Shown here: positions 56,798-64,000 of the stretch, piece after piece | Numbering within the stretch: position 1 is the first letter of the stretch | How the letters are laid out: every line of letters starts with the position of its first letter | Origin: an uncultured Candidatus Rokubacteria bacterium | GTDB taxonomy: Bacteria; Methylomirabilota; Methylomirabilia; Rokubacteriales; DASRDR01 | Direction: 5' to 3' | Length of the DNA stretch: 64,000 bases | Assembly (NCBI GenBank): GCA_963805625.1 | Contig: CAWDVE010000016.1 | Location: 384,001-448,000 of the forward strand | Notes under the pieces: model-generated | Told to the model about the DNA's origin: nothing | What the model saw: the letters and a program-made list of their open reading frames with translations, nothing else | Database searches by the model: none | Program-made: the position numbers and the translations under genes

Positions 56798-57354
56798 AGG
56801 AGCTGATCGAGGGCATCCTGCGCGAGCTCGGGGAGGATCCGAAACGCGAGGGACTCGAGAAGACCCCGGCGCGTGTGGAGTCGATGCTGCAGTTCCTCAC
56901 GTCCGGATACCAGCAGGACGTCGAGGAGGTCCTGAACGGTGCGGTCTTCGCCGAGGACCACTACGACCAGATGGTGCTGGTGAAGGACATCGACTTCTAC
57001 TCGCTGTGCGAGCACCACCTGCTGCCGTTCTTCGGCAAGGCGCACGTTGCGTACGTCCCGGATCGGAAGATCCTGGGGCTGTCGAAGCTCGCGCGTCTCG
57101 TCGAGATGTTCAGCCGCCGGCTCCAGGTCCAGGAGCGGCTCACGACCCAGGTCGCGCAGGCGCTCCACGACGCACTCCTGCCGAAGGGTGTCGGCGTGGT
57201 GATGGAGGCGACCCACCTCTGCATGCTGATGCGGGGGGTCGAGAAGCAGAACTCGAAGGCCGTGACCTCCGCGATGCTCGGAAGCTTCCGGGACTGTCCG
57301 ATGACGCGCAGTGAGTTCGTGGAGCTGCTCAAGGGCCGGAGCTCCCTCATTTGA
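56794..57354 (+). CDS. folE: GTP cyclohydrolase I
   Basis: [42 protein letters not shown]. Confidence 0.95.
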   Translation: MKELIEGILRELGEDPKREGLEKTPARVESMLQFLTSGYQQDVEEVLNGAVFAEDHYDQMVLVKDIDFYSLCEHHLLPFFGKAHVAYVPDRKILGLSKLARLVEMFSRRLQVQERLTTQVAQALHDALLPKGVGVVMEATHLCMLMRGVEKQNSKAVTSAMLGSFRDCPMTRSEFVELLKGRSSLI

Positions 57355-58067
57355 GGCTCGCCGGCCAGGTCGCGCTCGTCAGCGGGGCGAGCCGCGGCAT
57401 CGGGCGGGCCGTGGCGCTCGCCTTCGCCCGGGAGGGTGCCCGGGTGGCCCTCCTGGCTCGCGGGCGCGGAGATCTCGAGCTGGTGGCCCGGGCGATCGAG
57501 AGTAGCGGAGGCTCGGCACTGGTGGAGCCGGGCGATGCCGCGGAGGAGGACACCGCGCGCCGGGCGGTCGAAAATGCCCTCGCGCGGTTCGGACGCCTGG
57601 ACTGCCTCGTCACGGCGCAGGGCGCGGGCGCGTTCGGGCCCCTCGAGGCGTCTCGCGTCCAGGACTGGGACGCGATGCTGCGGGCCAACCTGACCGCGAC
57701 GTATCTCCTGTGCCGGGCGGCGCTCCCGGCGATGCTGGCGGCGGGTCAGGGGACCATCGTCGCCCTGGTGTCGCTGGCGGCCGTGCGGGCGATCCCCGGG
57801 TGCGCGGCGTACACCGCGTCGAAGGCGGGTGTGCTCGGGCTGGTGCGAGCCCTTGCCGCCGAGGTGCGAGGTCGGGGGGTGCGGGTGGCCGCGCTGTCCC
57901 CGGGGGCCGTGGACACCTCCTTTTGGGACCAGATCCCGAGCTCGCCGGACCGTAGCCGGATGCTCAGGCCCGAAGCCGTCGCCGAGGCCGCCCTCCTGAT
58001 CGCCGCCCAGCCCCCCGGGGCGTTCGTCGAGGAGATCGTCCTCGCTCCCACGCCGGGGGTGCTGTGA
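57351..58067 (+). CDS. SDR oxidoreductase (candidate pterin reductase by context)
   Basis: [13 protein letters not shown]; TTG start overlaps the folE stop. Confidence 0.85.
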   Translation: MRLAGQVALVSGASRGIGRAVALAFAREGARVALLARGRGDLELVARAIESSGGSALVEPGDAAEEDTARRAVENALARFGRLDCLVTAQGAGAFGPLEASRVQDWDAMLRANLTATYLLCRAALPAMLAAGQGTIVALVSLAAVRAIPGCAAYTASKAGVLGLVRALAAEVRGRGVRVAALSPGAVDTSFWDQIPSSPDRSRMLRPEAVAEAALLIAAQPPGAFVEEIVLAPTPGVL

Positions 58068-58110
58068 TTCTTGGTTCTGAGGAGCCCGGCCCGGCAGGCG
58101 CCCGTCCATT

Positions 58111-58119
58111 TGCTATAAT
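58111..58119 (+). promoter_or_regulatory. Extended -10 promoter for iscA-moaD-moaE-tilS
   Basis: TGCTATAAT, with AGGAGG RBS before the ATG at 58184. Confidence 0.5.
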
Positions 58120-58183
58120 GCAACCTGATCACCGCGATTGCCGTGTGGCGCGGGTTCGCGTAACAACTAGAGGAGGCCTTGGA

Positions 58184-58507
58184 ATGGTCACGTTGACGGA
58201 AACAGCCGCCAAGAAGGTCGAGACGCTCCGACTCGAGGAGGGCAAGCCCGAGTGGGGCCTGCGGCTTCGCGTAGTGGGGGGCGGGTGCTCGGGCTTCTCG
58301 TACGAGCTCGGGTGGGAGGATGCCGCCCAGGAGGGCGACCAGGTCGTCGAGGCCAGCGGCGTTAAGGTCTACGTCGATCCCAACAGCGTGCAGTACGTGG
58401 GCGGGGCCCAGATCGACTACGTCGACAGCCTGTACGGCTCCGGCTTCTCGATCAACAACCCCAACTCGAAGGGCAGCTGCGGCTGCGGGCACTCCTTCCA
58501 GGCCTGA
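58184..58507 (+). CDS. A-type Fe-S cluster carrier (IscA/ErpA/HesB)
   Basis: GGGCSGFSY, NPN..GSCGCGHSF. Confidence 0.93.
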   Translation: MVTLTETAAKKVETLRLEEGKPEWGLRLRVVGGGCSGFSYELGWEDAAQEGDQVVEASGVKVYVDPNSVQYVGGAQIDYVDSLYGSGFSINNPNSKGSCGCGHSFQA

Positions 58508-58549
58508 TCGCCCTTCGCGGGAATTTAGCGGAAGTAGACGGGAGGCGGT

Positions 58550-58801
58550 GTGCGGGTCCCGGTCGCGCTCTTCGCGCGATACCGTGAGGCGGTCGGCCGC
58601 GGTCGGATCGAGGTGGAGGTGGCCGACGGCGCGACTGTCGAGGACGTCTGGACCGCCCTCGCTGCCGCGCATCCCACGCTGACCCCCTACCGGCCGCACA
58701 CCCTCTTCGCGGTCGGCACCGACTACGTCGAGGCGAGCCACCCCGTGCACGCCGGGGAAGAGGTCGCGTGCTTTCCCCCCGTCAGCGGCGGGGCGGCCTG
58801 A
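58550..58801 (+). CDS. moaD: Molybdopterin synthase sulfur carrier subunit
   Basis: LFARYRE..G, FPPVSGG(AA); directly upstream of moaE. Confidence 0.88.
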   Translation: MRVPVALFARYREAVGRGRIEVEVADGATVEDVWTALAAAHPTLTPYRPHTLFAVGTDYVEASHPVHAGEEVACFPPVSGGAA

Positions 58802-59253
58802 TGTACCGGATCGTCGAGGAGCCGCTCTCGGCCGACGCGGTCGCCCGCGCGGTCACCCTTCCCGAGGCGGGTGGCGTCGCTGTCTTCCTCGGCGTCGTGC
58901 GAAACCAGACAGCCGGCCGCCGGGTCATGGCGCTCGAGTACGAGGCGCACGTCCCGATGGCCGAGGCCAAGCTCAAGGAGATCGGCGAGGCGGTCTACGG
59001 GCGGTGGCCCGGGGTGCGGCAGGTGGTGATCCTGCACCGGATCGGGCGCCTCCTCGTTGGCGAGGCGAGCGTGGCGATCGGCGTCTCGGCCGCGCACCGC
59101 CAGGACGCCTTCGAGGCCTGCCAGTACGCGATCGACACGGTCAAGCGGATCGTCCCCATCTGGAAGCGGGAGCTGTTCGAGGATGGATCCGCCTGGGTCG
59201 GGCTTCAAGGCGAATCACCGCCGCCGGGGTGGAACGCCGGCGATGGTCGATGA
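58801..59253 (+). CDS. moaE: Molybdopterin synthase catalytic subunit
   Basis: FLGVVR, LEYEA, HRIG, AHR..AFEAC, VPIWKRE. Confidence 0.93.
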   Translation: MYRIVEEPLSADAVARAVTLPEAGGVAVFLGVVRNQTAGRRVMALEYEAHVPMAEAKLKEIGEAVYGRWPGVRQVVILHRIGRLLVGEASVAIGVSAAHRQDAFEACQYAIDTVKRIVPIWKRELFEDGSAWVGLQGESPPPGWNAGDGR

Positions 59254-60709
59254 CGGACGAGAACCGGAACCCTCGCCGTCGCTCCTGGTCACCGCCGTGC
59301 GAGACGTGGTGGTTGGCCGGCGGCTCCTCGATCCGGGAGACCACGTCCTCGTAGGCGTCTCGGGCGGCCCTGACTCGGTCGCCCTCCTGCACGCGCTCGT
59401 CCTCCTCCGCACCGACCACGCGCTCCGGCTCACGGTCTGCCACGTCCATCACGGGCTCCGGCCGGAAGCGGACCGCGATGCCGTCTTCGTCGAGGCGCTG
59501 GCCGCCCGGCTGGGTTGCGCCGCGCGCGTCGTCCGGGTCGAGGTACCGCGAGGCGGCGGCCGGTCCCCCGAGGAGGCCGCCCGCCTCGCCCGTCACGCGG
59601 CGCTGGCGCGCATCGCGCGAATGACCGGGGCGCGCCGCATCGCGCTCGGCCACACCGCGGATGACCAGGTCGAGACCGTCTTCATGCGGATCCTCGAGGG
59701 GGCCGGGCCCCGTGGCCTCGCGGGCATCCCGGTGCGCCGGGGCCGAATCGTCCGGCCTCTTCTCGACGTCGACCGCGCGACGGTCCAGGCGCACCTCGTT
59801 GCCCATGGGCTCGAGTCCGTCGATGACGCAACGAACCGCGATACGAAGTTCGTCCGGAACCGGGTGCGCCACGAGCTCCTGCCCCTCCTCGCCGCGCAGG
59901 CGGGCTTGCGCGTGCCCGCCGCGCTTCGCCGCGTGGCTCGGGCCTCGCGTGAAGCCGTGGAGGCGCTTGATGCGCTCGTGAGACCCCGGCTGGCCGGGCA
60001 CCTCACGCGGACCCCCGTGGGCTGGCGGCTCGCTCTCGCTCCGCTCGTCGGTCTCCCCGTCGGCGCGGTGAAGGCGGCGGTGCGCCTTGCCCTCGTGGAG
60101 GTCGCGGCGGCCGACCGGCTCGGAAGCGGGCTGCGCGCGATCCACCTCGACGCGCTGGCCGCGCTGCTGGCCGCGGGGACCGGGGCGCGGGTGCGGCTGC
60201 CCCGCGGTGTCGTCGTCGAGCGCGGCCGGGATGCGCTCTGGGTACTCCGCCCGGCGGCGTCCCTCGAGCTGGCCGCGCTCACGGTCCCGGGACACCTGCA
60301 GGTGGGGGACATGGTCGGCGTGACGGCGGCGATCGAAGCCCCGCGGCCGGGTCGGCCGGACGATCCGGCCTGGGAAGCCTGGTTCGACGCCGAAGCGCTC
60401 GGCCTCGGCGCGGTCGCCCTCGGGTCACCCGCGGCGACCCTTCTGGTCCGGCCGCGCCGGCCCGGGGAGCGCATGGTCCCCTTCGGCGGCGCCGATCCCG
60501 TGCGACTCACGAAGCTCCTGGGCGCGGCCGGCGTGCCCCGGCAGGCGCGCGCCCGGTGGCCGGTCATCGCCCGCGAGGACGAGGTCCTGTGGCTCCTGGG
60601 CGTGCGACGGGGCGCCACCGCGCCGCTCACGGCGACGACGCGGACGATGCTTCGCCTCCATGCGGCGCCGGAGCGGCCCCCTGGTCTTCCGGACAGTGAC
60701 GCCGTATGA
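59243..60709 (+). CDS. tilS: tRNA(Ile)-lysidine synthetase
   Basis: VSGGPDS, HVHHGLR, GHTADDQVET, RPLL, RNRVRH, C-terminal RPRRPGERM. Confidence 0.93.
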   Translation: MVDDGREPEPSPSLLVTAVRDVVVGRRLLDPGDHVLVGVSGGPDSVALLHALVLLRTDHALRLTVCHVHHGLRPEADRDAVFVEALAARLGCAARVVRVEVPRGGGRSPEEAARLARHAALARIARMTGARRIALGHTADDQVETVFMRILEGAGPRGLAGIPVRRGRIVRPLLDVDRATVQAHLVAHGLESVDDATNRDTKFVRNRVRHELLPLLAAQAGLRVPAALRRVARASREAVEALDALVRPRLAGHLTRTPVGWRLALAPLVGLPVGAVKAAVRLALVEVAAADRLGSGLRAIHLDALAALLAAGTGARVRLPRGVVVERGRDALWVLRPAASLELAALTVPGHLQVGDMVGVTAAIEAPRPGRPDDPAWEAWFDAEALGLGAVALGSPAATLLVRPRRPGERMVPFGGADPVRLTKLLGAAGVPRQARARWPVIAREDEVLWLLGVRRGATAPLTATTRTMLRLHAAPERPPGLPDSDAV

Positions 60710-62240
60710 TACGGTCCCGTTTCCCCGGGGAGCTCCAGGCGTTCGAGTCCACCCACTCGCCGTAGGAGGGGCCTGGCGTGCACGCTTCCGTCGTGCTCGG
60801 CACCCGCTAGCGCCCGCCGGCCGTCCGCGTCCCTTGCCTCCCCGTTCCGATCCTCGCCCCGTTGTGCTCGTTGTCGACGACGAGCCCGGGGTCCGCACGT
60901 CCGTGAAGATGGTGCTCGATGGCGTTTGTGACGTGGTGGAGGCCCCCGACGGACCCGCCGCGATCGAGAGCGTCAGGAGCGGTGACGTGGACGTGTGCCT
61001 CCTCGACGTGCGGCTCCCCGGGATGGAAGGGATCGAGGTGCTGGAGCGGATCAAGCGCCTCGACGCCGGCCTGGAAGTGGTGCTCGTCACTGCGGTCCGC
61101 ACCGTCCGGACGGCGGTGGAGGCGATGAAGCTCGGGGCCTCCGACTACCTGACCAAGCCGTTCGCGGCGGACGACCTGCGGGGCGTGGTCAATCGTGCCC
61201 TGGAGCGCCGCGCGCTCCAGCGGGAGGTACGGTATCTCCGGGACGAGCTCGCACGGCACGAGGGCTTCGATCAGCTGGTCGGCCGATCTCCCGCGATGCG
61301 CCGCGTCTACGACCTCGTACGTCAGATCGCCGACACCACGGCCACCGTCCTCATCACCGGGGAGTCTGGCACCGGGAAGGAGCTGATCGCGCGCGCGATC
61401 CACCGGCAGGGCACCCGCCGCGACCGCCCCTTCGTGGCCGTGAACTGCGCCGCGTTGCCGGCCGAGCTACTCGAGTCGGAGCTGTTCGGGCACGAGCGAG
61501 GCGCGTTCACGGGCGCCCACGCGCGGAAGCTCGGGAAGTTCGAGGTGGCGCACACCGGGACGCTGCTTCTGGACGAGGTCGGGACGCTCCGGCTCGACCT
61601 CCAGCCCAAGCTCCTGCGAGCCCTCCAGGAGCGCGAGATCGAACGGGTAGGGGGAAGTCGCGCGATCCGGGTCGACGTCCGCATCGTCGCTGCCAGCAAC
61701 ACGGATCTGCGGCAGGCCGTGGCCGCGGGCCGGTTCCGGGAGGACCTGTTCTATCGGCTCCATGTGGTGCCGATCGCCGTGCCGGCCCTCCGCGAGCGCC
61801 GCGAGGATGTGGCGCCGCTCGCGCGACACTTCCTGGCGAAGTACGCTCGCCAGTTCGGGAAGGCGGTGACGGACCTCTCGCCGGGCGCGCTGGACGCTCT
61901 CGAGCGCTACCACTGGCCCGGCAACGTTCGCGAGCTCGAGAACATCATGGCACGCTCCGTCGCGCTCACGAGTGAGCCGGTGGTGCAGCTCGACCAGATC
62001 CGCCTCGACGTGGCCCTGGCCCCGGCCGAGGCCCCGGCCGAGGACCAGCTCAACCTCAGAGAGGCCCGGCACGAGGTCGAGCGGCTCCTCATCCTGCGCG
62101 CCCTCGACCGGGCCGGCGGCAACCAGACGGTCGCCGCGCGCCTCCTGGGGATGCATCGCAACACGCTGCTCGTGAAGCTCGCCCAGCTCGGGCTCCGCGC
62201 TCCCGAGCCGGGCGGCGCTCAGCCGGCCAGTAACTCGTAG
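60696..62240 (+). CDS. Sigma-54-dependent response regulator (NtrC family)
   Basis: Receiver VVDDE/LLDVRLP, GESGTGKE, ESELFGHERGAFTGA, WPGNVRELEN, Fis HTH; start uncertain. Confidence 0.92.
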   Translation: MTPYDTVPFPRGAPGVRVHPLAVGGAWRARFRRARHPLAPAGRPRPLPPRSDPRPVVLVVDDEPGVRTSVKMVLDGVCDVVEAPDGPAAIESVRSGDVDVCLLDVRLPGMEGIEVLERIKRLDAGLEVVLVTAVRTVRTAVEAMKLGASDYLTKPFAADDLRGVVNRALERRALQREVRYLRDELARHEGFDQLVGRSPAMRRVYDLVRQIADTTATVLITGESGTGKELIARAIHRQGTRRDRPFVAVNCAALPAELLESELFGHERGAFTGAHARKLGKFEVAHTGTLLLDEVGTLRLDLQPKLLRALQEREIERVGGSRAIRVDVRIVAASNTDLRQAVAAGRFREDLFYRLHVVPIAVPALRERREDVAPLARHFLAKYARQFGKAVTDLSPGALDALERYHWPGNVRELENIMARSVALTSEPVVQLDQIRLDVALAPAEAPAEDQLNLREARHEVERLLILRALDRAGGNQTVAARLLGMHRNTLLVKLAQLGLRAPEPGGAQPASNS

Positions 62241-63343
62241 CAGACGCTCCAGAGGCGCATCAGGTCGACCAGCCGATGCCAGGCCGGAGCCTGGCCCTCC
62301 ACGTGGCCAATCAGGTCCACGAGCACCAGCCGGGATCGGTCCGGGGCCGCGGCGGCCAGCCGTAGGCTCTCCGTGAACGGAATGGCGGGGTCCTCCTTGC
62401 CGTGGACAACGAGGAGCCGGGCTCGCGTGCGCCCGAGATGCCGCGCGGGTGAGAGCGCCTCGAGGAGGGCTCGCGTCTCCGGTGGGAGGGCGTCGAGCAG
62501 GGCATCCACGCGCGCGGGGTCGCGGTTCTCGAGGAGGGCCAGCACTGCTCGGGCCCCGGGGCCGGCGTCGGGGCCGGCGGGGCGACCTTCGAGCACACCT
62601 CCGACGGCGGTGCGGTCCCGCAGGTCGGGCACGAGGTCGAGGTTCCGGGCGAGGAAGCTCCCGGCGAGAGCCGGATCCACGACCGCCCGTCCCCCGGTCC
62701 CGTGGAAGGCGTACGCGCCGGTCGTGAAGTACCGGATCAGCTCCCGCGCATCCGCGTAGCCACCGAGCGCCAGCACGACGCGGACCCGCTCCGCCAGCGC
62801 GGGCTCATCGAGAGCCAGCGCGACCGGCGCGAGTCCCACGCTCACCGCGATGACCGCGACCGGCCCGGGCTGCACAGACGGGTGGGCGGCGAGGCGCTCG
62901 AGCGCGTCGCGGACCACCCGGGCGTCGTCCGGTCGGAGGCGCTGAGCCCGGAGGGCCGGAAGCTCGGGGACGGCCACCGCGAACCCAGCCCGGGCGAGGC
63001 GGTCCGCGGTCCAGGCGAGCCGGGCGTCGCGCTTCCCGTCGGGCGTGAGGCCGTGGATCAGGACGAGCCCGGGCCATGGGGCGTGCATCCTGTACCCGGG
63101 GCGCCAGAGGTCCGGCGGCGTGGCGTCGGGCACGCCCGGGCCCACGAGGGGCTCGACGACGGGCGGCGGTGTCGCGCGAGACAGCCAGGGGCGCCGGCCT
63201 TCGGTCAGGAACTCGACGAGGAAGCAGAGCCCGGTCACGCCCGCCCTGACGCGGATCCCCACCGGGCCTGCCAGGAGGATGACGAGCGCCGCCAGCGCCC
63301 AGGCGCTGAGGAGCCGGCCGACAGGCCGTCGGAGCGTCGTCAC
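62219..63343 (-). CDS. Alpha/beta-hydrolase-fold hypothetical protein with N-terminal TM
   Basis: LVLIHG, AVSVG nucleophile-elbow-like motif, VVHGKEDPAIP, terminal His. Confidence 0.55.
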   Translation of the reverse strand: MTTLRRPVGRLLSAWALAALVILLAGPVGIRVRAGVTGLCFLVEFLTEGRRPWLSRATPPPVVEPLVGPGVPDATPPDLWRPGYRMHAPWPGLVLIHGLTPDGKRDARLAWTADRLARAGFAVAVPELPALRAQRLRPDDARVVRDALERLAAHPSVQPGPVAVIAVSVGLAPVALALDEPALAERVRVVLALGGYADARELIRYFTTGAYAFHGTGGRAVVDPALAGSFLARNLDLVPDLRDRTAVGGVLEGRPAGPDAGPGARAVLALLENRDPARVDALLDALPPETRALLEALSPARHLGRTRARLLVVHGKEDPAIPFTESLRLAAAAPDRSRLVLVDLIGHVEGQAPAWHRLVDLMRLWSVCYELLAG

Positions 63344-63424
63344 GCGAAGGGGCGGGCAGGATGCAGGCCCGCGCCGCGCGTCAGGCGGGATGGCCTCGTC
63401 GGGGGAAGTTGGCGCCCGGCGCGG

Positions 63425-64000
63425 TTATTGCGCCGGGTTGACGCACTTGACGAGGTGCCATCCGCGCAGCATGTTGACGCGGCGAACCACCTCGGGCGTG
63501 AGGCCGACGGTCTTCAGGAGCGGGGCCAGGGCGAGGTTGGTCTTCCAGCCGAGGTGTGCGCACACCGGCGCGAGCGCATCCTCGATCCGGCGCATCACGG
63601 GGTTCTGGCTCCGGAAGTGGTTCAGGATGACGATCGTGCCCCCGGGCTTCGTGACACGCCGCATCTCTCGGAGCACCGCCACGGGATCGGGGACCGCGCT
63701 GATCACGTAGGTCGCGAGCGTGGCGTCAAACTCCCCGTCCCCGAAGTCGAGCGCCGAGGCGTCCATCACCTTCAGGGTCACGCTGCCCATCCGGAGCTCC
63801 TGGACCTTGTCCTCTGCCTTACGGAGCATGCCCTCCGACAGGTCGATCCCGACGAGGTTGATGTCGCGCGGATAGAGCGGCAGGTTGAGGCCCGTGCCGA
63901 TCCCGACCTCGAGCACCCGCCCTCTGAGCTCCGGACCGACCATCCGCATCCCGGCGATCCGGCCCGGCTCGAAGATCTTCTTGAAGAGGAAGTCGTAGAC
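63425..64000 (-). CDS. Class I SAM methyltransferase (PmtA-like phospholipid N-methyltransferase), 5' end outside window
   Basis: VLEVGIGTGLNL, GIDLSEGML, YVISAVPDP, ILNHF. Confidence 0.8.
   Translation of the reverse strand, partial: VYDFLFKKIFEPGRIAGMRMVGPELRGRVLEVGIGTGLNLPLYPRDINLVGIDLSEGMLRKAEDKVQELRMGSVTLKVMDASALDFGDGEFDATLATYVISAVPDPVAVLREMRRVTKPGGTIVILNHFRSQNPVMRRIEDALAPVCAHLGWKTNLALAPLLKTVGLTPEVVRRVNMLRGWHLVKCVNPAQ

Overview
High-GC bacterial chromosomal window. The gene repertoire and style suggest a soil lineage such as Ca. Rokubacteria/Methylomirabilota, but that is inference only. Most of it is housekeeping or metabolic: a NarL-type two-component pair, a plant-type thrC-metB pair, a full tolQRAB-pal-cpoB operon, lgt, thyX, MoxR/VWA, CPA2 antiporters, uvrA, a tRNA(CAT), a pterin operon (two PTPS, folE, SDR), iscA-moaD-moaE-tilS and an NtrC-type regulator. 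No CRISPR array, transposase, integrase or prophage is visible. The stand-out element is a compact minus-strand lasso-peptide-type RiPP cluster at about 27.5-32.3 kb, encoding an RRE (B1), leader peptidase (B2), lasso cyclase (C), two precursors and an HPr-kinase-like kinase. Both precursors carry a canonical lasso leader (YxxPxLxxHGxxxxxT) and a very short core. Each is fused in frame to a Peptidase_S74-like self-cleaving, trimerising chaperone domain (SDRxxK motif), a domain best known from phage tailspikes. I know of no described RiPP system with this architecture. All family assignments come from motif recognition; no database search was run.
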